Shown here: piece by piece, positions 50,250 through 62,389 of the stretch
Position numbering within the stretch: the first letter of the stretch is position 1
Layout: each line of letters begins with the position of its first letter
Origin: Octopus vulgaris
Lineage: Eukaryota
Assembly (NCBI GenBank): GCA_951406725.2
Contig: OX597817.1
Coordinates: 99,696,001 to 99,760,000, forward strand
Reading direction: 5' to 3'
DNA: 64,000 bases
Notes under the pieces: generated by a model
The model's database searches: none
The model's input: the letters and a program-made list of their open reading frames with translations, nothing else
Told to the model about the DNA's origin: nothing
Program-made: the position numbers and the translations under genes

Positions 50250-51388
50250 CCTGCACCAAGTGTAAGCTATGCCACATAAGAGGTGCAGCAACGTCAAAGG
50301 AAGGCTAACTAGGAAGATAGTTTTTGTATGTGGCAGATGCTCAGGAGCAATAAATACTGAAAATGCGCAGAGACCAACTTCCGCCACATTCCAGGGAGAA
50401 AAACTAGAAATAGTTGATAGCTTCTGTTACCTAGGTGACCAAGTCAGTAGTGGGGGCGGGTGTGTTGAAAGTGTAACTGCTAGAGTAAGAATAGCCTGGG
50501 CAAAGTTCAGAGAGCTCTTACCTCTGCTAGTGACAAAAGGCCTCTTGCTCAGAGTAAAAGGCAGACTGTATGACGCATGTGTACGAACAGCCATGCTACA
50601 TGGCAGTGAAACATGGGCCGTGGCTGCGTAAGCTCACAAGAAATGAAGACAGTATGTTCCGATGGATGTGTAATGTCAGTGTTCATACTCAACAGAGTGT
50701 AAGTACCTTGAGAGAAAAGTTGGACCTAAGAAGCATCAGTTGTGGTGTGCAAGAGAGACGTTTGCGCTGGTATGGTCATGTGGCGAGAATGGATGAAGAT
50801 AGTTGTGTGAAAAAGTGCCACACCCTAGCGGTTGAGGGAATCTGTGGAAGAGGTCGACCCAGGAAAACCTGGGACGAGGTGGTGAAGCATGACCTTCGAA
50901 CTTTAGGTCTCACCGAGGAAATGACTAGAGACTGAGACCTTTGGAAGTATGCTGTGCGTGAGAAGACCCGGCAGGACAAGTGAGACCATAACCCGTGGCC
51001 TCTACCTGGGATGTAGCCAGTCCACTTATGCATACCTTTCCTTCTTGGGACACAAAACTATATTTGTGAAGACCTGTTGAGGCAAGTGAAAATCAAAATC
51101 AAAATCAAAATCGATGTGATACCAGTGCCGGTGGCATATAAGAGAACCATCCGAACGTGGCCGTTGCCAGCACCGCCCCGACTGGCCTCCGTGCTGGTGG
51201 CATGTAAAAAGCACCATCTGATCGTGGCCATTTGGCACCCACTACACTCACGGAGTGGTTGGCATTAGGAAGGGCATCCAGCCGGAGAAACATTGCCAGA
51301 TCAGACTGGGCCTGGTGAAGCCTTCTGGCTTCCCAGACCCCAGTTGAACCTTCCAACTCATGCTAGCATGGAAAGCGGACGCTAAACA
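50250..51388 (+). mobile_element. 5'-truncated RTE copy, head-to-head with the full-length element
   Basis: ORFs 50269..50631 and 50570..50935 nearly identical to the C-terminus of the 1055-aa ORF; 3' UTR present. Confidence 0.93.
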
Positions 51389-51700
51389 AATCAACCCCAG
51401 GACTTATTCTTCGTAAGCCTAGTGCTTATTCTATCGGTCTCTTTTGCCGAACCGCTAAGTTACAGGGACATAAACACATCAACAATCGGTTGTCAAGCAA
51501 TGGTGTAGGAAAAAAAAGACACACTAACACATACACATATATACAACAGGTTTCTTTCCGTTTCCATCTACCAAATCCACTCACAAGGCTTTAGTCGGCC
51601 TGAGGCTATAGTAGAAGGCACTTGCCCAAGGTGCCACACAGTGGGACTGAACCCGGAACCATGTGGTTGGTAAGCAAGCTACTTACCACACAGCCACTCC
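51388..51700 (-). mobile_element. SINE family A
   Basis: cttgcccaaggtgcc...gggactgaacccggaaccatgtggttgg...cacagccactcctg. Confidence 0.85.
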
Positions 51701-52177
51701 TGATAGATATATTCTATATCTCTTCTATTTACTCTATATCCTTTCAAAATTTCTTTCAAGCATTACCCATTGCAATTTGTCTTGGCCTAACGGCCCTAAA
51801 TGTCTGTCTTCGTCAATCATTTCAGTACATCCACACTGGTGTCGGGTGTTCATTTGAAGCCCTAACTCTCCACAAATTTTATATTTTTAAAATTTCTGAA
51901 TGCTGCTGCCTTATGAAGTAATCTTATCTTGTTGTTAAAAGCATGAAGCAGGTACTAATAAATAGTTGACAACTAAGGAGTTAGACTTCGTTTGATATTT
52001 TGTCAAGTACTTGTCACTCGTTGAGTGTTTACATATTTTTTGCTTGTTGGTGAAGTCCTGTACTTAATGTGTATTTTTCATTTTTATTTTATACATACAT
52101 ACACATAAACACACACACATATATATATATGTATGTATATATATATATGTATGTATGTATATATATATATATATATG

Positions 52178-52375
52178 TAGTTAATCCAAACAAGAAAGCA
52201 CAAAAAAACACAACAACGCGAGAACGTAGAACAAATATAGTATTATTGGACGCTCAGGAAAGAAGGAAAGAAGGAGGATTTAACGTTTCGAGCGGAGTTC
52301 TTCGTCGGAAACATAGGAGAAGGAAAGATCCAGAGAAGGGAAGACAGGAAAAATAATCGCCAACGGTACACATAA
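52178..52375 (-). mobile_element. Solo Penelope pLTR-like fragment with minimal hammerhead; inverted partial copy at 52729-52790
   Basis: Shares ttcctgagcg..aata.ta.tttgtt with 44500-44580; minus strand gttt-CCGACGA-agaactccgctc-GAAACGTT-aaat. Confidence 0.7.
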
Positions 52376-52381
52376 TATATA

Positions 52382-52454
<73 letters not shown>

Positions 52455-52502
52455 ACATATATATACACACACACACAAACACAAACGCACACACACATAT
52501 AT

Positions 52503-52646
52503 ATAAAAGTTAGGATAAGGCCGGTTTATGGGATCATGAGATCTGATGATACGCTTTAAAGCCAAGCCCTTCGTGGATGTGAAACCTAAAGTAATCCCAT
52601 AAACCGACCTTATCTAACTTTAATATATACTGCTCTATAACTTATA

Positions 52647-52648
<2 letters not shown>
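52503..52648 (+). mobile_element. Fold-back mini-element with hammerhead in a (TA)n tract
   Basis: gagat-CTGATGA(52543)...GAAAC-ctaaa-GTA-atccc; inverted arms 52503-52534 / 52594-52626. Confidence 0.7.
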
Positions 52649-52712
<64 letters not shown>

Positions 52713-53106
52713 ATGTGTGTGTGTATATCTTCCCTTCTTTCCTGAGCGTCCAATAATACTTTATTTGTTCCACATCCTCGCGTTGTTGTATATATATATA
52801 TATATATATACATATACTTATTGATTCACACACGCTCGGGACGAGTATGGTAACATAAGAATAGACACCAAGTTAATGCTCAAACAGTTTAAATTTTTAA
52901 AATCCAACATCTTAATAAAAGTAGGTACTCTAGAAGCAGATGAGTAGGTTAGAAAAAGTTCGAGCGAATATCAATAGAGACGGGCAAACTATTACAGGAT
53001 GGTGGAAACATTTACATATGTTGTTACATAAAATTCCATGAAATAAAACAGCCTATGTAAATATATTATATGCACCTGTGAGTGTTTGCCCATCCTTCTT
53101 TACACA

Positions 53107-53152
<46 letters not shown>

Positions 53153-53351
53153 ATAGAAAAGATCCATATATATATATTTACATACATAGATTCATATATA
53201 TATTTATGTGTGAATGTATGTATGAGAGTGTGTGTATGTGTGTGTATGTATTTATTTATGAACGTGTGTGCGTGTATAATTTCCTCTATTTTCATAATAT
53301 CGAGGTCTCTTTCATTCTTTTGTTGTCTTACCATTACTATTTATATATATA

Positions 53352-53537
53352 TATATTAAAGTTAGATAAGGTAGGTTTATGGGATTAGCTTTATAGCGTA
53401 TCATCAGATCCCAAAACCAACAGGTTTGGGGATAGGATGATACGCTATAAACCTAAGCCTTTCATGGACGTGAAACTGAAGGTAATCCCATAAATCGGCC
53501 TTATCTAACTTTAATATATAATGCTCTATAACTAAGA
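53352..53537 (+). mobile_element. Second fold-back copy of the same hammerhead mini-element
   Basis: Nested inverted arms; the inverted arm preserves gggatCTGATGAtacgctata; the forward strand has GAAACtgaagGTAatccc. Confidence 0.7.
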
Positions 53538-53597
53538 GTGTGCTTTTTTTTGGATTTATGTTTTAAATATACATACATACACACAAATATAATATAT

Positions 53598-54000
53598 AGC
53601 GCAGGAGTGGCTATGTGGTAAATAGCTTGCTAACCAACCACATGGTTCTGGGTTCAGTCTTGGGCAAGTGTCTTCTGCTATAGCCCCGGGCCGACCAATG
53701 CCTTGTGAGTGGATTTGGTAGACGGAAACTGAAAGAAGCCTGTCGTATATATGTATATATATATAAGCGTGTGTGTATATGTTTGTGTGTCTGTGTTTGT
53801 CCCCCTAGCATTGCTTGACAACCGATGCTGGTGTGTTTACGTCCCCATCACTTAGCGGTTCGGCAAAAGAGACCGATAGAATAAGTACTGGGCTTACAAA
53901 GAATAAGTCCCGGTGTCGATTTGCTCGACTAAAGGCGGTGCTCCAGCATGGCCGCAGTCAAATGACTGAAACAAGTAAAAGAGTAAAGAGTAAAAGAGAG
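53598..54000 (+). mobile_element. Near-complete young SINE family A copy
   Basis: tRNA-like head, CTTGGGCAAGTG core, internal (TA)/(TG) tract, 3' domain cttagcggttcggcaaaagagaccgatagaataagtac, tail (gtaaaaga)n. Confidence 0.88.
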
Positions 54001-54093
54001 AGTATATATATATATATATATAAACACCTAATAATCTATAAACATCTAATTACTAACGTGGAAAAATTATCAGAAAAGCCATTTCTATTCATG

Positions 54094-54130
<37 letters not shown>

Positions 54131-55839
54131 CGCGCACACACGCACACAGTAATGTTTTTATCTACACATGTATACACATACACGCTGATGTTTGGGAAAA
54201 TGTGTCAGTGTTTTGACAACATAGTATTGTATGTAATACATGAGTTCTATCAATGTCTACTTTCGTAGTTGAGGTTCATGGGATTTTCATTCAGAAATAT
54301 TCCTATGTCTATGAAATACGCTTGAGATAATTTATGATAAAAATGTGAAAACTTGAATACGTCACAACAGAACAGAAAGAGGAGGAGTGTTCAATCGGAG
54401 ATACCGTATCAGGAAAGAACAAGATTACGTAATCATAAAGTTGCTATGATAATCAGCACGCTCTAACAAACCTCAGCTCGAATGATTCGTGGAAACATCC
54501 TACTAATAATAGTTTTGTCTAATAGCAAAAACACAGGTTTAATGATATGGTGTTCTTTTATTGGCAAAAAGAGAAGCGATAAGTTTATGCAGAAGGTGGA
54601 ATGAAAATTTTGCGAATTTCATACATTTCCACGAAAATATAAAATATAAACAAGAAGGAGATATTCAGTTTAAGAAAGTAAAAATCGGAAATAACTTGAG
54701 AGAAAAAGTGATAGTAGCTAAAAACATATTTAAAAGTCGGTTGGGCTAATATTGGAAGTAATTCAAAATATAATAAAATAATTTTACATTGGACATGGTC
54801 TGGAATTGAAAGCCCGTTATAGAGGTTCTTTAATGAATTTGGACAGGAAAACTACTACAAAATAAATGATTTACTCGAAGTGGAATGGTTAGAGTTATAC
54901 AGATCCAAATAATTAATATACACAAATAGAAGTATTGTATGAGAGAATAGCAGCGCTGTGAAAAAAAGAATATTAAAAAAGAAGAATACGGGGAGAAGAG
55001 AATTCTAAGGAAGAAAAAGTTATACGGAAATTACGAATAAAAATGGAAAATGAATTAATTTTTAAATATTACACCTTCTTTTGGCCGTTTTTATAGACAA
55101 CTGTTACGAAAACTTACCTATTAAAGTCAAAACATTTTTTCTCATGCTTCCAAATACTCTTAATTTTGTGTTTGCACAAAGAAAGTATGTAATAAGCGGG
55201 AAACGATTATCCACCGATCAAAAGGTTCCAGGATCAAATCCATGCACATAATTTAAGTAACCCGGCCTATCAGATGAGATGTTCAGTTATTTCTATGACA
55301 TCAGTCACAATGGAAAACCCACATGCCACGTAATAATTATAAAAGCAACAACATCAGGTGCTGTCCGCATTTCATAGTAGATTCCAGGATATTCAGAGCA
55401 TTTTCTGTAAATTCATAGATCGGGGTGTTATTATGCAATGATCTAATTTTAACATTTATCATCGTAGATAACAACTTTAGAAACAGCTAAATGCGTATGA
55501 CAACAATTGTAAATAGTGTAACACGTTAATTGTAAACCGATTTACATTTTTCAGAAACGCATGTCCTCGTATTCATTCATAAATTTTAGTTTAAAGTTAT
55601 CCTGGTTACCAACTTTCTCTACTTCCTACCCTAGAATACATACATACATACATACACACACATATCTCTCTCTCCCCCTCTGTCTTATATTATACTAGCA
55701 ATGCACTCCGGCATTGACCTACAGCCACATTGTATTATTTGTTCCTTTTTTATGGGCAGAATCGGCACACAAGGAGTATGAAGCAAACAACTCTTCTTCA
55801 CAAACATGTTTTTCGGTCATTTTCTGATGAACAGTGCTG

Positions 55840-55992
55840 TAGTTTCCATCTACCAAATTCAATCAGAAGTCTGTGGTTGGCCTAGGGCTATAGTAGAAAA
55901 CACTTGGCCAAGGCACCAGGCAGAGGGACTGAACGTGGAACTATGTGGTTGGGAAACAAACTTCTCAACCACACAGTCATTCTTGCACCTAA
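55840..55992 (-). mobile_element. SINE family A, 5' half (another decayed + copy at ~57080-57230)
   Basis: agtttccatctaccaaat...gctatagtagaa...gggactgaac...accacacag. Confidence 0.7.
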
Positions 55993-57015
55993 TATATGTG
56001 TGTGTGTGTGTGTGTTTACATTTGTTATAGAATCAAATATTGTCTCCCACTGTCTCAAAGTTAGCAGTCCATCAAGCAGAGATCTATAAAATAAATACCA
56101 GATTGAAATACATACTGAAGACAGTATGATCAATGAAATTTTTGAAGGTGATACTGCATCATGGCAACAGTCGAAAGACTAAACCCAGTAATAATACACA
56201 TGTGTTTATGAATGAGAAAGGAAGGAGTAATAGATGAATAAGGAACGAAGGGATGATGTCATACTTGGTAGTAGGATGATGAAAATTGTATGCTGAAAAA
56301 AAAATATCAAGCAGTGCTTAAACTCTGTGTGAATATACGTGTGTATGTAAAAAGGGGTATGTGAATGTGTGTATGTGCATGTGTGTGTGTTTGTGTGTGT
56401 GTGCGTGTGCGCAATGGAAGTGGGATGGTTCATCTTTATTCACTTAGTATTTGGGTTTATTTTTTGATTCGGTTGAATCTTGTTTTTTTTTTTGTTGGTC
56501 AGTTATTTTTAGCATTTTGACAGAAAAAAGTTATTCTAAAATTGTTTTTTAACATAAGTGTGCCCAAACAAGTCGAATGCTTACACAGAGCAGGTTTTAC
56601 AGCCACATCATCCAAACCGACCGGATGAAACTGGGCTTAGTTGCTAGTATATATACATACACAAGTGGATGGACAAACAAAAGAAAAGGGCACTCAATAC
56701 ATTTTGTAGAGTTACATGTATATAATATATATATAAGTGTTCAGTATGTTTGTAGTAGTAAGCTGATAAAGTATGTTTAGTGTCTATGGTTACCTGATGT
56801 CATCCACAGTAATTACACAATTGTTGTTGGATCTATCTCAGGAATTCCTCAGTGATACCTCTTACCACATCACCAGATGAGACGTTTCTGCACTGAGAGT
56901 TGCACTACAACTAGTTGAATAGTTTTCCACCTGCAAGGGATTGATGCAGGATATGTTTCACAATGATTATTTTTGAGCAATAAAGTTTCCTGTGTATTCC
57001 ATTTTCCATCCCTAT

Positions 57016-57084
<69 letters not shown>

Positions 57085-57989
57085 GGCATAACTGTGTGTT
57101 TAAGAAACTCATGTGGTTTGGGGTTCAGTTGCATTCCACTCTACCTTGGACAATTATCTTTTACTGTAGCCCTGAGTTGATCAATATCTTGTGAGTGAAT
57201 TTGATAGGACAGTAACTTTGTAGAATCTTGTGTGTGTGTGTACATTATATATATATATATATATAATATGTAGTCATTGTTTATGACCAGTCAGAAAGTT
57301 ACCATTAGTTTCACTTCTATTATTGTTATTAGCAATGTAGGTGAGTCGTCATATCTGCTGGCCAGAGACACATAACCTCATTGCTAATAGAGGTAAGAAT
57401 ACAGTCTTGGTCAGTATGGTGATGAAAACAATCCCTGAAACAAAATTCTTCAAAATGAAAACCCCTTCTGTATGGGATGGAGTTATCTCTGTTTGAATGG
57501 TCCAGTTGGGTCTGAAAAGGGTCAGTTTACATATATTTTCTGTTCACTAGTCATAAAGCAGAGAAGCCCTTGCCCCCAACATGAATTCTCTCTCATGAGG
57601 GCACTGACTAAACATCTTACATTTTGAATTTAAGAAGGACTCTGTATAAAGTAGATTTTTAGGATCCTTGCTCTCTTAGCCAAGAAAAGTTTGCATTATC
57701 TGCTTCTGTGAGGTATGATCCAAGCTGTTCCAGGAGCTTTCCATTAGATCCAGTATGATATTCCATCTTCTTTTACATGTTAATTGTAGTTGGCTAAAGA
57801 TGTAATGTTACACCTTTCTGGGATCCTAAAATAGGATTTATGGTTATTTAGTTACAGCTTAAAATTTCCCTCCATTGATCCAACATATTTCTGTGTATGT
57901 TTCCTTATGTTGATGGTGCTGCTGATGTTGTTACTGCTGCTGTCACTGCTGGACAACAGTGATGGGGTAGGCGGTGCAGGCATACTTCT

Positions 57990-58700
57990 AGCAGGGAAAT
58001 GGGTCAATAGGGTGACTGAGGTAGTCAGAGAATGTGATAGAATGCTCTAGTTTTACAGAGTTGCACAGCAACAATCATCTCAGCCTATACCCAACAACCA
58101 AGTTCACCAAATAAACAAAAGGACCGCTTTTATGACGATCTTCAACAGGCTACTTCAAAGATAAGTGACAGTGATCTTATCTTTGTGGCTGGTGGTTTCA
58201 ATGGGCATGTCAAGCAGCAACTGGGTGTCTTCCATGGGATATATGGAGTTCATGGAATTGGTTCATGAAATGAGGTGGAAACAAGGCTGCTGGAGTTTTG
58301 TGACACAAATGACTGAATGATCTGCAACATCAACTTTAGAAAACTGGCCAGTCACCTGATAACTTATAAATCTACTGACAATGCTAACCAGATTGACTAC
58401 ATTCTCACCAGAAAGTGAGATTTATGGTAGCTCATAAATGCAAAGACCTTCCCTGGTGAAGAATGTATGCCTCATCATAGGTTAGTCATTAGTGATTCCA
58501 GACTACAGACAAGAAGGAATCCAAGAAGCAAGACAGTTTGTAAAAGAAGGACTTGGAAGCTTAAGGATCCTCTGAATAGTCAGATTTGGAGATGTCCTTA
58601 ATGAAGCATTAATTGAGAAGAAGGAAGAGTTATAGACATGTAACATATAGGATAACTGAAAATTCCTACAAGACAACTTACTGAGAGCAACAGACAAATC
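57990..58700 (+). pseudogene. Decayed RTE endonuclease-domain fragment
   Basis: IISAY, KDRFYD, DLIFVAG.FNGHV, RLLEFCD, QIDYILT, KTFPGEEC, DNLLRATD remnants. Confidence 0.88.
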
Positions 58701-59010
58701 AAGTAATCAAGTCAATGGAAGCATTCAATATCACCTCGCCCCAAAAAAGCACCTGCATATACTGCCTTGAGTGTGAGACAGTTTTTGACCAAAAATGGCA
58801 TGACCCCATTCTTGCTCCCTGCGACTGCGACTTTTTTTTTGTTCCCCCGAATGAAAAATGTCCTTAAAGGAAAACTTTTTGCAGATGTAGAAGAGGTGAA
58901 GAAAAAAATGATGTAGGTGATAAAAGGCATCCTTTCACAAGAGTTCCAGAACTGCTTCAAACAGTGGAAAACGTGTCTGGACCTATGCATTGCTTGTCAG
59001 ATGGAGAAAA
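58700..59010 (+). pseudogene. mariner transposase C-terminal fragment
   Basis: QWK...SPRPKKA, V.QFLTKNGM, LAPCD..LFPRMKNVLKGKLFADVEEV. Confidence 0.8.
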
Positions 59011-59079
59011 ATCAGAAGAGTAAGGAAGATGAGGCAAAACTTACATAGTTAGTACCATAATTTTTTCCTGAATAACTTT

Positions 59080-59900
59080 GGCAATACATGCTTTTAAATT
59101 ATCGTCTAAGAACAATGTCCCTTTATGATTGACCATTGATGGGCATTTCTTCTGCAAATTTTTGTGCAGTGCTTCCAATTGACAATACTTTTCCACATTA
59201 ATTGTTTCATTTCAGTTTAGCACTTCATGATAGACGACACCCCACATATACCACCAACACAGATGTAATCCTAGTTTAGGGATGAACTCTCCTTTTTTAT
59301 CACTTATGATGATTCTGTCTATGAAATGTTTGGTAGCAAGCCTATTTCAATGATGAACTGAGGGAAACTCTTGGATTAAACTAAGTAACAGTCAGGTGAC
59401 GAGGAACGCACTGACCAAGTTTAAATACTTTTCCTAGTTCAAGAAGGTGTTTTATGATCAAAGCGTGACTTGAATTGAACTATTTTACTAATTATCATGC
59501 AGATTGTCTAGGATTTTCCTAATTATAGTTTTCTGAAGCTCAATATTGACAGAACTTGGCTGACTAGATCAAGGGGAATCTGTAAGAGAACAATTTCCCA
59601 AGTGAAACTGGTCAAACCATTGCTGGTTTGTCTGGACACTTAAAGCTTCATTTCCATAGACAGAACAAATACTTCTTGCTGCTTTCATTGGTGAATAGCC
59701 TCTTTTGATTTCATACAGTATGCAATGTCTTATGTGAGTCTGATCGAAACTAATTTTAAAATAGTAAAATTGATACAAATTTAACCACTGGTATGAAGTA
59801 ATCTGCAAAGGAACAATAGAACATTAGAATGTAAAACTTAATGCTCATTTTACTATAAGTGTTGAAAAAGTACCTTCAAAGTGATTGATTCAAAAATACA
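59080..59900 (-). pseudogene. mariner transposase N-terminal fragment
   Basis: HIRHCILYE.KRG....AARSICSVYG.EALS....QQWF..F..GN.SL.DSP, then LGQCVPRHL. Confidence 0.85.
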
Positions 59901-60439
59901 GTATCGATCTTCCATACACTGTATGTATAAAGAGAAAATTTTGTATGTATAGGTATGGTTGAAGCATTGGTATAACCATAAAGTTCTGGTGATCTGATGA
60001 GCTAGACTTCTTTATCTGTACTGATTTGTAAATATACAACCATATTGTGTAATACATAGCATACATATTGGTGCAGACAAGTAAAATAATTTATTATAAA
60101 CTGAGATTATTATTACATGATGAAAGCTGCCAAACGGCCATAATCCTAAGGATAACAAGTGGTTAAATAAATATATTCACCTTTCATACATCCCAAATTT
60201 TTATGGCTTATATACTCTTCATGAAACTTTCTCATTGAGTGGATCTCCTGGTTATCAGCTGCTTAGAACTCAGCATGATACACCTCCATATTGGATTACC
60301 ATGTTGTCTGATAGCCAGGTCTGCTAGAGGAGCTTTCCATGATAGCCACAGAATTCTATGAATCCATATATCACACTACAAATATATATCTATTTATAGG
60401 CCATTATGTGTGTATGTATATATATATATATATATTATA

Positions 60440-61025
60440 TTATATATTTTATAAAATCCCTTCTGTTTGTGTGTGTGTCTTCTAGGATCTCGGGCATCCT
60501 CCATCCGATTGCAGTCAAATTTGATATGTAGATACTGACAGTATCAGGGCATGTATAAGTCTTCAAAAAATTACAAAAAATCGATTCCAGGTGAGAATGT
60601 GATCGATAAAGCCATGGCAATGTGCATTTGTACGTGCAAGTAATCAGCTGTTGCAATTGATACTACGCATATGCAAGAAAAATGCACATGCAATTTGCGC
60701 AAAAAAAGCTGGCTGGCTTGAAATAATGCCACAAAATGCAGTGTATTTAAGAGACCAAAAAAGTTAGATGCAAAAGAGATATTTTCTTCAAACTTGGCAT
60801 GAAGAAAGGAAAGACTATTTGGTTTCTCAAGAAGTTTTTTGGGGGATAAAATCGTTTTTCTTTGGAATAGAAAAAAAAGTCTATCTTTATTTCTTCTTTT
60901 GCTGGTGTCTCAAATTTAGGTTAAATCAGTGTTTCTCAACGGGGAGGCCTATAGTTGTTTTGAGAAAATTTGGTTTAAATGTTTGACAACTCAGCACTGT
61001 CCATTCAACGGAGGGCGTTTTGCTC

Positions 61026-61027
<2 letters not shown>
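60440..61027 (+). mobile_element. Helitron-like non-autonomous element
   Basis: tataaaa...gtgtgtgtc...ccgattgcagtcaaatttg 5' pattern; 3' imperfect hairpin then ctcgt (CTRR variant). Confidence 0.45.
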
Positions 61028-61059
<32 letters not shown>

Positions 61060-62389
61060 TTATATACCATACTTCCCAGCGTTGAAGATGTTTCATCCTT
61101 GAGGATGCACCCTAAATTAAACAACCAAAAAAAAAAAAATAACATAAAAATAAGGTCCCGCCACTTCAGGTCTTGTTAACTTTACAGATGCAATGAAAAA
61201 AAAAAAACATCCCTGTAACCCCAAGCACATCACTTAAAATGTTCCTTGCATTTACTTTGGTTGTTTGTGCTATCCCATATGTTGGCTAACCATGACTGTC
61301 TCCCATTATGACCCCCCATTCTTGCATCTGTAAAACTAACAAAAGGCAGTACTCACCTATCGTACCAATTTGTTTTGTGGGACCATCAATACAAGGACAT
61401 GATATGGTAAGTTTGCTCTCAAAGTTTGCATCTACTTTTATGTACCCACTGTAATACTGAAACTACACTACAACAGGGATGGATTCAGAGGGGGAATAAG
61501 GAAATGCATCCCCCACCAACCAAGAAACTTTACAAATCTGACTGTTTGGTTTAAATATGTATGATGGAAAGCATATTTTTGGACCAGCAACAAACAACCT
61601 TTGACTGGTTCGGTATAAAATTAATTTTTTCAGTATGTCTGAACATATTACATTGTCATTTCATTGATCAACTGCAATGAATCAGACCTCAGAATCACCC
61701 CACCACCAGAAATTTCTAGATCCACTCCTGCACTACAATACTCCAGTTCAACTATTCACTGTTCAGCCCAGCAGTGATTTATTTCATGTGTTCTGTCAGG
61801 AAGGTTCTTGGCCAATAGTGTCTCAGTTCATGCAAGTGGACAGGGTTACAGCTGGTGCAGTATTTTAAGATTTTGGTAGCGTTGGATGTAGACTTATACA
61901 GTACTATTTTTGGCCCAGACAAAGAAAAACCTAAACTCCACAATAAAAAAAATTATTGTGAGAAATACCGAATAACATTTTATTGCACAGTTACACTTTG
62001 TAAAAATACCACATGAACATGACATCCCAAATAGAACAAAAAAAAAAAAAGAATAAAGATTACAGTAAAATCTGCACAATAAAAAACATTTCAATCATAA
62101 AATTCTGAAAATATTCTGCTTATCGTTACCATTTATAGAAGTACCACACAAACACGATATTCCAAATAGAACAAAATAAAAGCAAAACAGAGATTAAAAT
62201 TTGCACAGTTGAAATATTACAAATAAGAAAACATATTTTAATCTTCAAATCCTGAAAATATTTCACATTATTACCCTTTGCAAAAATTTCACATAGATAT
62301 GATAACACAAACGTTACAATTAAATTACAAGGAAAAAGACTAATAAGTGTGCAAATATTAAACATATGAGAATAATGCAAATAGTTCAC

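Noticed and set aside
53598-53670. tRNA gene-like A/B boxes
   Set aside because: These are SINE heads; no complete cloverleaf is evident.
56795-56930. Minus-strand AG...GT bounded exon candidate; similar candidates at 31.7-32.3 kb
   Set aside because: Stops in all frames or no recognisable product; such splice-like signals are expected by chance.
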